A stretch of 64,000 nucleotides of DNA from Octopus sinensis (taxonomy: Eukaryota), in the NCBI RefSeq assembly GCF_006345805.1, contig NC_043021.1:9052001-9116000 (forward strand). Reading direction: 5' to 3'. The position numbers and the translations under genes were made by a program. Positions 48,784 through 60,721 of the stretch are shown piece by piece (within the stretch, counting starts at the first letter, position 1; each line of letters opens with the position of its first letter). The notes below the pieces were generated by a model. It ran no database searches, had not been told where the DNA came from, and was given only the letters and a program-made list of their open reading frames with translations.

Positions 48784-48806
48784 AATTGAAAATAAAAGTG
48801 AAACTA
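48784..48806 (+). promoter_or_regulatory. ISRE/IRF-E-like motif, copy 4 (decayed)
   Basis: AATTGAAAATAAAAGTGAAACTA; central CG replaced by TA; followed by a SINE fragment rather than a tRNA. Confidence 0.45.
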
Positions 48807-48927
48807 CTCTTTTAATTGTTTCAGTCATTTGACTCCAGGACTTATTCTCTGTAAGCCTAGTACTTATTCTATCGGTGTCTTTTGTTACGGGGACATAAAC
48901 ACACCAGCATCGGTTGTCAAAAAATGC

Positions 48928-48973
<46 letters not shown>

Positions 48974-49026
48974 TATATATAATATATATATATATATTAT
49001 ATATATATATATATTATATAATATAT

Positions 49027-49060
<34 letters not shown>

Positions 49061-49140
49061 ATATATATACCGGAGTAAACACATAAATGTGAAACAAGGT
49101 GGAAAAAAGAATACTCAAATACCAGTGGTAGAGTAATATG

Positions 49141-49220
49141 CTTTATTTAAAGCAGCAGAAAATTCAACAAAACCTGTTTTCTCTGAGGTTTTGTTGAATT
49201 TTCTGCTGCTTTAAATAAAG
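49141..49220. repeat. Perfect 35-bp inverted repeat with 10-nt loop
   Basis: ctttatttaaagcagcagaaaattcaacaaaacct / aggttttgttgaattttctgctgctttaaataaag. Confidence 0.95.
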
Positions 49221-49233
49221 TATATATATATAT

Positions 49234-49345
<112 letters not shown>

Positions 49346-49496
49346 TAGATATAGATATAGATATAGATATATATAGATATATATATATATATTATATATA
49401 TATATATAATATATATTATATAACAAAAAGAAAATACTACAAAGCGAGGACGTGGAACAAGTGTAGTGTTTATGTATGTATGTATGTATGTATGTA

Positions 49497-51420
49497 CTTC
49501 ACTCTTTGTTTGGTAAGGTATGGACTAGTGAATCTGTACCTGAGGACTGGAGAGATGCAGTAATGGTGGTCCTGTATAAGGGAAAGGGCAACAGGAATGA
49601 TTGTGGTAATTATAGGGGAGTATCATTGCTGTCTGCTGTAGGAAAGGTTTTATGCAGGATACTCCTGGATCGTCTGCTGAAATACATTGCAGATTGTGTT
49701 CTTCCAGAAAGTCAATCTGGCTTTCGTGTGGGACGTGGCATTGCTGATATGATCTTTTCAGCTAGACAGCTTCAGGAAAAGTGTGTGGAACAGGGTCTGG
49801 ATTTGTATCAGGTGTTTGTCGATCTGACAAAAGCCTTTGATACCGTCAATAGAAAAGCATTGTGGAAAGTCCTCCAGAAACTTGGGTGTCCTGAAAAGTT
49901 CCTTGCTTTGGTTAGGTCTTTTCATGAAGACATGAATGGTAGGGTGAATGTTAGAGGAAGATGTCGGAGCCCATTTCAATACAAAATGGAGTGAAACAGG
50001 GGGATATTCTGGCACCGACCCTATTTTCCATATATTTCGCGATGGTGTTCAGTATTGCATTCAGAAACTGCAGATACGGTGTTTACGTCCATTATCGAAC
50101 CTCTGGCAGCATATTTAATATCAGGCGCCTTGCTGCAAAAACAAAGATATTTACCTCTATCGTAAGAGACCTTTTGTATGCTGATGATTGTAAGCTGGTA
50201 GCACACACAGAGATTGATATGCAACACATTTTGAATGCATTCTCTGATGCTTGCACTGCCTTAGGATTGACAGTCAATCTCAAGAAAACTGTTGTCATGC
50301 ATCAACCTGCCCCTGGTAAGCAGTATAGTGTACCAAATATCTATGTGAATGGTAAACAACTTGATGTAGTCGATCAGTTTGTCTACCTGGGAAGCACTAT
50401 TAATAGATATGGCAATGTGGATGATGAAATTCCATATAGAATTAGGAAAGCAAGTGTTACTTTCGGAAAGCTAGAAAAGCGCCTCTGGAGTCGGCGAGAC
50501 ATATGCAGAAAGACAAAGATAGAGGTGTACAAGGCATGTGTGCTCCCTTCTCTTCTCTATGCCTGCGAGACGTGGGTCACAAATCGATACCACCTTAAAC
50601 AACTGGAACGTTTCCATCAGATGTGCCTCAGACGGATCTATATCATTAAGTGGAAGGACCGCCTCAGTGATCTTGAAATACTCGAAGGCTCTCGGTGTGA
50701 AAGTATAGAAGCTCTTGTGTTAAAGCAAAGGCTCAGATGGAGTGGTCATCTGGTCAGAATGAAGGATTCAAGGATGCCAAAACAACTCTTTTATGGAGAG
50801 TTAGCTAAAGGAGAACGACCTCCACATAAACCAAAAAGAGGTATAAGGACTTGCTGAAGGCTTCCTTAAGAGATGCTTGCATCTCTCCTGACACATGGGA
50901 AGGCATAGCTATTGATCGTAGCAGGTGGAGAAGGATTGTGCATGAGGGGACAGCCACGTTTGAGAAATCTCGAGTTGCACATGAGAAAGTAAGGAGGGAT
51001 GTCAGGAAGGGCATCGCTGTTACACTTCCAGAAGGGAAGGGTCTTCCTTTGATTCTGACATGCCATGTATGTGCGAGACCCTGCCTCAGTAAAGTTGGAC
51101 TCATGAGCCATCTTCGCAGTCATAAAATGAGACAGATGAGTGACAACATGGCCACTGGTGGTGGTGTAACACACCATACTAATCATACCTGTCGGGCATG
51201 TGGAAGAGAGTGTAATTCGGAAGGAGGACTTAAACGACATGCAAAGGTACATGAAGCCCAGTTACAACTACAGCCGGCTATTACCAATAAAGGTTTTAGT
51301 TGCCAATTTTGTACAAGACATTATAGATTTTTAGCTGAGCTAAAAAGTCACATTCGATCACAGCACCAGTAACAGTTAAGCTTAGTGCAATGGCCATACT
51401 CGATAACGAGGGGGCAGCCA
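49497..51420 (+). mobile_element. 5'-truncated RTE-clade LINE (RT plus three C-terminal C2H2 fingers), two frameshifts
   Basis: NYRGVSLLS, PESQSGFR, FVDLTKAFD, GVKQGDILAP, LYADD, LRWSGH motifs across ORFs 49476-49994, 49961-50857 and 50851-51372; (TATG)n on both sides. Confidence 0.95.
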
Positions 51421-51422
51421 TA

Positions 51423-51455
<33 letters not shown>

Positions 51456-51722
51456 TGTATGTATGTATGTATGTATGTATAGCTGATGTATTTCAGTGTG
51501 CATGTGTGCGCCCCTAACATTTTCCGCACTAATTCCTATATAACCGTCGCTGTCCCTTAGCAACACCTTTTCCATTTTATCTGCTGGGGCCATGAGGCAG
51601 TCTCACTTACAGGAAACTGTACGTTGCATTCCTTAACTAATTATATCCAAGCAATAATTTATGGTTATAATATCTACATTGTATGAAAGGAATTCGTAAA
51701 AATTTTCTTCAAGACATGTCAA

Positions 51723-51795
51723 GGTTCCATGGTGTAGTGGTTATCACATCTGCTTAACACGCAGAAGGTCGTGAGTTCGAAACTCGCTGGAACCT
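51723..51795 (+). tRNA. tRNA-Val-AAC: tRNA-Val(AAC)
   Basis: GGTTCCATGGTGTAGTGGTTATCACATCTGCTTAACACGCAGAAGGTCGTGAGTTCGAAACTCGCTGGAACCT, followed by a long T run. Confidence 0.92.
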
Positions 51796-52670
51796 AGTGG
51801 GCTTTTTTTTTTTTTTCATTTTTATGAGGTGCAAGAATGTTGGTGAAAACTTAACATACCCAATCAAAGGGGTTCCTGCAACCACACCTCCTTGCTTTGC
51901 TTCCCCATAACTTTCAGAAAGAGGATACTTTTTTTGAACGAAAATTTTTTTTTATAAATACCTTCAAAATGGGGGTATATTCAGAGTACGCCGGTATTTG
52001 TAGTGAACATTTTTTCAGCGTGAGTGGGGAAGAGAGAGCTCCCTTTTTTTCTCTGAAATTTAATAGGAAACAGCATCGACTTGTGTTAATTATCCGAAAG
52101 AACTCTCTGTCTTCATCACTCACGCTGAAAAAATGCTCACTAAAAATACCGACATACTTGGAATATAGCCCGTTTTACTCTTTTACTTGTTTCAGTCATT
52201 TGACTGCGGCCAAGCTGGAGCACCGCCTTTAGTCGAGCAAATCGACCCCGGGACTTATTCTTTGTAAGCCCAGTACTTATTCTATCGGTCTCTTTTGCCG
52301 AACCGCTAAGTGACGGCGACGTAAACACACCAGCATCGGTTGTCAAGCAATGCTAGGGGGACAAACACAGACACACAAACATACACATACACATATACAC
52401 AATATATATACATATATACGACGGGCTTCTTTCAGTTTCCGTCTACCAAATCCACTCACAAGGCTTTGGTCGGCCCGAGGCTATAGTAGAAGACACTTGC
52501 CCAAGATGCCACGCAGTGGGACTGAACCCGGAACCATGTGCAAAAAAAAAATCCTCTTTCTGAAAGTTATGGGGAAGCAAAGCAAGGAGGTGTGGTTCTT
52601 TGATTAGGTATGTTAAGTTTTCACCAACATTCCTGCACCTCATAAAAATGCAAAAAAAAAAAGTCCTAAT

Positions 52671-52743
52671 AGGTTCCAGCGAGTTTCGAACTCACGACCT
52701 TCTGCGTGTTAAGCAGATGTGATAACCACTACACCATGGAACC
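52671..52743 (-). tRNA. tRNA-Val-AAC: tRNA-Val(AAC)
   Basis: Identical 73-mer to the 51723 copy; long T-run terminator. Confidence 0.92.
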
Positions 52744-52887
52744 TTGACAAGAGAAATGTGCAAATTTAAAGACTATACAGATGTACATGTCAACAGGGCT
52801 CACACGTAAATACCCACGTGTGTTATGTGTAAAGTTGCGTCTATACACGTGTGTATAGTCTTTAAATTTGCTCTCTTCTCTTGTCAA

Positions 52888-52960
52888 GGTTCCATGGTGT
52901 AGTGGTTATCACATCTGCTTAACACGCAGAAGGTCGTGAGTTCGAAACTCGCTGGAACCT
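52888..52960 (+). tRNA. tRNA-Val-AAC: tRNA-Val(AAC)
   Basis: Identical 73-mer; T4 tracts downstream. Confidence 0.92.
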
Positions 52961-54362
52961 ATCAAGGCATTTCTTTTGTTTATTTTATGAAATGTAGGGA
53001 TGTCAGTAAAATATTAATCCAGCTTTTGTCTCACGGTGTATGAGATCCGCTGGTCGACCCAAGCATTTCTACCCATAGATTACTCTGTTGAAAGAACAAC
53101 AAGGAAATTTCACTTATGGCAAAAAAAATATAGAGAGAGGCGGCGCAGGAGCGGCTGTGTGGTAAGTTGCTTGCTTGCCAACCACATGGTTCTGGTTCAG
53201 TCCCACTGCGCGGTGCCTTGGGCAAGTGTCTTCTACAATAGCCTCGGGCCGACCAAATGATGATGATAATGATGATACGTATGCGTGCATGCGTGTGTGT
53301 GTGTGTGTGTGTGCACGTCGCACTAGTCCGCGTGTACCTTTGCGTTTGTCCCACATTGCTTGACAATCGGTGTCGGTTTGTTTACGTCCCAGTGATAAGA
53401 GTTACCAGACTAAAAAAATAAGTACTGGGTCGATTTGATTGACTATAAAGGCCCTTCAAAGCTATAAACCAGTCTGGCTATAGTTCAATGATTAAAACAG
53501 GTGAAAGAGAGCATACTATCACACGTGTGTCCCACTGGCCTCCACCGACTTCGCGGTAAATTTTTACAAGTACACCCTTCGCAGTAAATTTACCGACTTT
53601 GCTTCTTCATGATTTTTGGAGAGAGGGATAGTTTTTAGTGAAATTTTCTGCAACTATCCTTGAGATGGTGTAGATTCTGATCATATCGGAATTTAATGAG
53701 AAAAGAGAAAACTTGTGGGCGTGCACCCATACATACTGACACACATCACACATACTCTTTTCTCTTTTACTTGTTTCAGTCATTTGACTGCGGCCATGCT
53801 GGAGCACCGCCTTTAGTCGAGCAAATCAACCCCGGGACTTATTCTTTGTAAGCCTAGTACTTATTCTATCGGTCTCTTTTTGCCGAACCGCTAAGTGACG
53901 GGGACGTAAACACACCAGCATCGGTTGTCAAGCGATGTTGGGGGGTCAAACGCAGACACACAAACACACACATATATATACATAGATACAACGGGCCTCT
54001 TTTAGTTTCCGTCTACCAAATCCACTCACAAGGCTTTAGTCGGCCCGGGGCTATAGCAGAAGACACTTGCCCAAGGTGCCACGCAGTGGGACTGAACCCA
54101 TGTGGTTGGTTAGCAAGCTACTTACCACACAGCCACTCCTACGCCTACATGTACAAAATTGAAATATAGAAAAAAAAATTATAAGTACCAGTACGTATAT
54201 ATACGTGCCCACTATTTAATTTATTTACACCATTAGAAAGGTATTTATAGAAAACTTCATTAAAAAATATCCATTCTTATTTCCAAGTTAGGAGGAAACA
54301 AACCTAGCGGACGTGGAGCAGACTTCAACATCCTCATGATAAAGAGAAAAAAATGTTTACCT

Positions 54363-54435
54363 AGGTTCCAGCGAGTTTCGAACTCACGACCTTCTGCGTG
54401 TTAAGCAGATGTGATAACCACTACACCATGGAACC
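54363..54435 (-). tRNA. tRNA-Val-AAC: tRNA-Val(AAC)
   Basis: Identical 73-mer; T-run terminator ~9 nt downstream. Confidence 0.92.
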
Positions 54436-54996
54436 TCAACGAAGGTAACCATGCAAATTTAAAGATTATAGACACAAATATATATCGCGCACGCTCGCAC
54501 GCATACATATGCATTCTAGATTTATATGCGAGGATGTCCCAATAAAAGTTTACTTCGTAATCATAATATCCAGGTGTAATCTCACTGCTTTATTTTATTA
54601 ATGTCCTTCAACGCGATAATTGTTTTGGTACTCGAACGGCTGAATGCTTCGCGATCCATTTTTATAGCGCTTATTGACAACAATTCGGATGTATTTAGGT
54701 ATGTGTATATAATGTGCTGGCGAATGTGTACCTACAAGTGTTAGGATTGTACATTTTGTGTGTCCTTGCTTTGACCTGGCGTGATAGTTGTAGATGAGTG
54801 TCACCGTCATACAAGCAGTGTTATTCGTTTTCTAATAGCCAGTCTAAACTTGTCTGTCCATGCGAAAATATTACCTTGCTTAGAAACTGATAATGAGGAC
54901 TGGTAGACGGGAAGGACAGTAGAAAATATGCCTCGAATAAGCCTGAAAAAGTGGACGTTAAAACAATGATGTTGATGACGATGATGATGATGATGG

Positions 54997-55035
<39 letters not shown>

Positions 55036-55165
55036 TGGTGGTGGTGGTGATGATTATGACGACGACGACGACGACGATGATGATGATGTTGATGAGGATG
55101 ATGATGATGATGATGATTATGACGACGACGACGATGATGATTATGACGACGACGACGATGATGAT

Positions 55166-55199
<34 letters not shown>

Positions 55200-56880
55200 T
55201 TTGAGTTTGTGTGCGTGTGCCTTTGAGTTTGTCCCCGCATCGCTTGACAACCGGTGTTAGTTTGTTTACATCACAGTAAAACAACAACAAAAAAAAAGGT
55301 ACCGATAGAATAAATTCTAGACTTGTAAAATAAAGGGTCAACCCAAAATAAGCAGAGGGATCGATTTGATAAGCTATGCCCCATTTTGGTCGCAGTTCGA
55401 TGAATGAAACGAGTAGAAGAGTGATACGTTTTTGAGAGCATAGATTACGGTTATGTTGATAACATTAATATTCTTTTAAAGGTAGTTTGGATCCTCGTTC
55501 TTACACAATTATTCCCCGACTCCGATTTTGTCCCGTCATAACTTTTAGAAACTTGGATATTTCTTACTGAAATTTTCTATATATACTTTTCAGATTGTAT
55601 AGATTATGAAGACATCGGAATTTAAAAAGAAAGGGCAGGGATCTTTTCTTTTTGAAGGCCAGATTTTCCTAGAAGGCCAGATTTTCCTAGAAAAGATCCA
55701 AGGGCATTCTTTCGATATAACTCGACAAAATCAAAACAGTTTATTCCGGTATTTCCGTGGAAGCAAATAACAGTTCGATTCTGTTTTCTGCTTGGAAATT
55801 TGCGGATTGGATCTTTTCCTTTTGAACGGCACTTTTCAACACAATTTCTAATTAACTAAACACTTCAAAACTTCGTATACTGGTAGAATGTGTCAAAATA
55901 AAACATTTTTTTTCTCTTAGCTTTCTTGATAAAATTGTAATTTGTTTGTTTAACGTAGTTTAATTTTACACACACACACAGGTAAGAACAAATATGCAAG
56001 GCTTTTTTTTTTTCTTTTAAAGTTTAAAATGAGACATTGTTGGCATATATCTTCGTTATATCTATACTCCACAACCGACGGAAATACCCGAAGTGAAATT
56101 ATTTGATTTTGTCGAGTTATATCGAAAGAATGCCCGAATATGTATCTCAGCAAAGTTTCATAGAAAAATATGCATTTTCTTTATAAAGTTACGACGAAAC
56201 ATCGCTGAGGGAGCACCATCTGAAGTTAGGACGACCTAATTGTGGCTGTGTGGTAAGTAGCTTGCTTACCAACCACATGATTCCGAGTTCAGTCCCACTG
56301 CGTGGCACCTTTGGCAAGTGTCTTTTACTAAAGCCTCGGGCCGACCAAAGCCTTGTGAGTGGATTTGGTAGACGGAAACTGGAAAGAAGCCCGTCGTATA
56401 TATGTATATATGTGTGTGTGTGTATGTGTGTTTGTCCCCACAACATCGCTTGACAACTGTTCATTGCCCGGTTGTCAATGCAACATTCGGAACAAGTCTC
56501 CAGTCTGAGTATAACTTTCTCCCCGACCTGTCTTAAAGAAGCAGTGAAAAGTTATAGACAGTATTTTTGCTCTGAATAATCATTTAAAAGTAAAATATTG
56601 CCGAAAAACGATGGTGAGAAAACATTTTGAAAGAGAAGATATTATAAGCAAGGGAATTAATCAGTAAAATCTAAAAGGTATTGATTTGTTGCAGCGTCCT
56701 TGTGAAATCTAATTAAACGAGCAAATTAGATCAGTAAATTATTATAAGCTTTAATATTTATTTAATTCTCCATACATAAATGTAAAAGTATAAAATGTAA
56801 ACAAAAACCGAAGTTGATAATACGATATAAATAATGCAAACAACAATATATACTTTAAATTTGCCAAAGTCTAACGTCAA

Positions 56881-56953
56881 GGTTCCATGGTGTAGTGGTT
56901 ATCACATCTGCTTAACACGCAGAAGGTCGTGAGTTCGAAACTCGCTGGAACCT
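56881..56953 (+). tRNA. tRNA-Val-AAC: tRNA-Val(AAC)
   Basis: Identical 73-mer; long T-run terminator. Confidence 0.92.
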
Positions 56954-57717
56954 ACGAGTGACGTTTTTTTTTTTTCATTTTATATCGTTAAAGATTTCAT
57001 TTAGTAATATACAAGTTTGATTTCAACCCTCTCTGACGTTTCTTTCTCACAACATCCAGAGAAATTTTTTTTTAATTGACATTTTCAGCAAATACGCTCC
57101 AAATGATGTATGTTAAGATTGTTGGGAAAGCTTTTTTTTTTTTAACGAGTGTGGGGTAGGAGGTTTCTCAAGGTTCACAAAAGTCGGCTTTGTTATCTCA
57201 TAACTTTCAGAAAAATTGATATTTCTTCATGAAATAAAGGAGTGGCTGTGTGGTAAGTAGCTTGCTTACCAACCACATGGTTCCGGGTTCAGTCCCACTG
57301 CGTGGCACCTTGGGCAAGTGTCTTCCACTATAGCCTCGGGCAGACCAAAGCCTTGTGAGTGCATTTGGTAGAGGGAAACTGAAAGAAGCCCATCGTATAT
57401 CTGTATATATATATATATATATCTGTGTGTGTGTGTGTATGTATATATATATATACTTAGCAGTATTTCATTTGCCGTTATGTTCTGAGTTCAAATTCCG
57501 CCGAGGTCAACTTTGCCTTTCATCCTTTTGGGGTTGATAAATTAAGTGCCAGTTATGTACTGGGGTCGATGTAATTGACTTAATCCCTTTGTCTGTCCTT
57601 GTTTGTCCCCTCTATGTTTAGCCCCTTGTGGGCAATAAAGAAATAAGAAATAGGTGTCTCGATATTGAGGAGATACATGGTTACCCAGTCAGAGGGGGGA
57701 GAGAGAGAGTAATCAAG

Positions 57718-57768
<51 letters not shown>

Positions 57769-58849
57769 AAAGCCATTCAGAAAGTCCCACAGGCCACAGT
57801 TTGTCCATGACAGGGTAACAAACCACTATAGAATAGCTAAGCTGTTTGAAACTGAATCCACATTGTCAAACAATTCCTCAGTCTATTGTTTTAGCCTTTT
57901 ACACTCAGAGATGTAAAAGATTAAAACAATAATGGGAATGTGTTGAGCTCTTGATCATTCTCAGGGTATTTTTTGATTGAGTCTGATCAAGGATCAAGAA
58001 ACCTATTGTTCAAACTTAACCTACTTTAGTCAGCAAGTTATAAAAATACAAGCAAGGAATTACCTTTCTCTTTTTGGGCAATCATCTCTGGACAGACAGC
58101 AACTCTGTCAGTATGCTGGTCAATGCATGTGAAGGTAGAACTCTTAACTCTTTAGCATTCAGATTATTCCATCAAACATAATGCTTATTGATTCCCATTG
58201 ATTTGAATTAATCATGCATTATCTCATATCTTCAAGATCTTGATGGTGTAATTACTTAATGTAGAATAACATTGTAGGGTAGGTGTGAGAGCCTGGATCT
58301 GGTCAGTTTGAACATAAAACAGATTAGCTATTTTGGCCGGATATGGCCAGTTTAAATACTAAAGGGTTAATGTATCATTCTGCCTTGATTGTTTTACTCT
58401 GTCTTTCTCTTCAGCAGCAGAGTGGTGAAGCTAGCTCCCACACACAATGACAATGGAACCAGAGACAAATATTCCATTGCAACTATAAACAATGCGTGTA
58501 CACATAAACAACTCAACACAGCTGTATATTCCTTATGTATTGCATAGACTAATACTGATTTCAAATTTTGACACAAGGCCAGCAATTTCAGGTTAGGGGG
58601 GTAAGTCGATTACATTGACTCCCCCCAGTTTTCAACTGGTACTTACTTTATTGACTCTGAAAAGGCTAAAAGGCAAAGTCGACTTCTGCGGGATTTGAAC
58701 TCAGAACGTAAAGAGGGTCGAAATGCTGCTAAGGACTTGCCCATCGCAATAACAATTCCCTTTGTCCCCTTCATGCTCTTCTTATATTGGTTTCACATTT
58801 TGGCACAAGGCCAGCAATTTTGAGGGGAAGAGGATGAAGTCAATGACAT

Positions 58850-59908
58850 CTTCTTAGGTCCATTGGTGCCTTTGAGCAACACATCAGGCAGTCAGTAAGC
58901 ACCAACTATCTCCATCTCTGGCTAACAGGTATGCTTCTTCCCAGGTGATGTTCGGTCCGCGTTAGCCTTCTTTGAAGATACTACACCATGTCTTCCTAGG
59001 CCAGCTTCGTTTTCTCTTAGCTTCCAGCAGCATCCAGCCTATGGCTGTTTTGGCAAGCCTCTGACAGCCTTAGTATGTGTCCAGCCATTCTCATTCATCA
59101 TTTGGTTACAATTGCATTCAGGGGCATGCAATTCTTGCTGCTTGGAAAATGTCTTCATTTGTCACTCTGTCTTGATAAATGATTCTTAGGATCTTTCTGA
59201 GGTACCACTGATGAAATATGTCGAATTAGCAGGTGATTTTTGCCATCATCTTCCAGGTCTCAGCTGCATAGATCACTATTGGCAGTATTCCTGTTTTGTA
59301 CTGACAATCTCCATACTTACGTTATTGCTACACCAAAGTGTTGTCAGTCTTCTAAATACTGCCACTGCCTTGCCAATTCTGCAGCTTACATCTGCTTAGC
59401 AGTTTCTACAACTCAAGCTGCTGCATTAGAATAGAGTATGGATACAGTGTGGAGGCGTGTGGCTTAGTGGTTAGGGTGTCAGCATCGTGATCGTAAGATT
59501 GTGGTTTCGATTCCTGGACTGGGTGACACATTGTGTTCTTGAGCAAAACTCTTCATTTCACGTTGCTCCAGTCCACTCAGCAGGCAAAAATGAGTAACGC
59601 TGCGATGGACTGGTGTCCCATCCAGCTGGGGAACACATACGCCATTGAAACCGGGAAACTGGGCCCATGAGCTTGGCTAAGCTTTAAAAGGGCGCATTTA
59701 TTTATTTTATTTTATGGATACAGTGGTTTTCTTAAGATTGTCACTGGAGTAAGACAAGGCTGTCTCCTGTCACCAATGTTATTTCTGATGGTCATCAATT
59801 TTGTTATGCTAAGATCAATGGTGGAACTAGCTGTAGGCATACCAAGGATGGTGAGGGACCAGCTGACTGACTTGGATTTTGCTGATGACATCGCTCTGCT
59901 CGCTGAGA
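58850..59908. mobile_element. Degraded RTE-like LINE with inverted 5' part, interrupted by a SINE
   Basis: Minus strand 59400-58850: DVSCRIGKA, IYAAETW, YLRKILRI, WEEAYLLARD. Plus strand 59400-59908: FYNSSCCIR..GVRQGCLLSP..LDFADDIALLA. Confidence 0.8.
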
Positions 59909-60721
59909 ATCGAGAGAGAGAGAGAGAGAGAGTGTGTGCATGTCAATGTGCACGCACGTACAAATGTGTGTGTGTGTTTCACTTTGGCTTAACATTGTGG
60001 GATGATTGTAAATGACACGGTCACAAACGGTGCTCTTCATTTCCGATATTCTGTGCAACCACATCTGGTTTTTGGAGAAATATTATTACCTTGCTTGGAA
60101 ACAGGTGAGGGTTGGTGATAGGGAGGGCATCCAGCCACTGAAAATCCTTTGCAATAATCTCTGTCCGATGTATGCAAGCATGGAAAAGTAAATGTGATGA
60201 TGATGGCGATGATGATATGTATGAATATGCAAACACCTTATAATTTTTTTTAATAATCTTTTTTAATATACAGCAGACATTTTTATTGACCAACAACAAG
60301 AATAATAAAACTTTGTTCAAAGAAATAAATTTTATTTTCATATTTTGTGTGTGTGTGCGCGCATACACACATACATGTATGTGCATGAATATTTTTTTTT
60401 TTATGCGCCATTTTCAAGCCTAGCCAGGCTCATGGGCCCGGTTTCCCAGTTTCTGTGGTGCATGTGTTCCCCCCAACTGGACGGGACGCCAGTCCATCGC
60501 AGCGTTACCCAAGAAACAGGAAGAGAGAGTGAGAGAAAGAGTACAACAGGGGTCGCCATCCCACCCCACTGCCAGAGCCTCATGGAGCTTTAGGTGTTTT
60601 CACTCAATAAACACACACAACGCCCGGTCTGAGAATCGAAACTGCGATCCTCCGACCGCGAGTCCACTGGGCCATTACACCTCCACGTGCATGAATATAC
60701 AAACACTTATTTTTAAAAACA

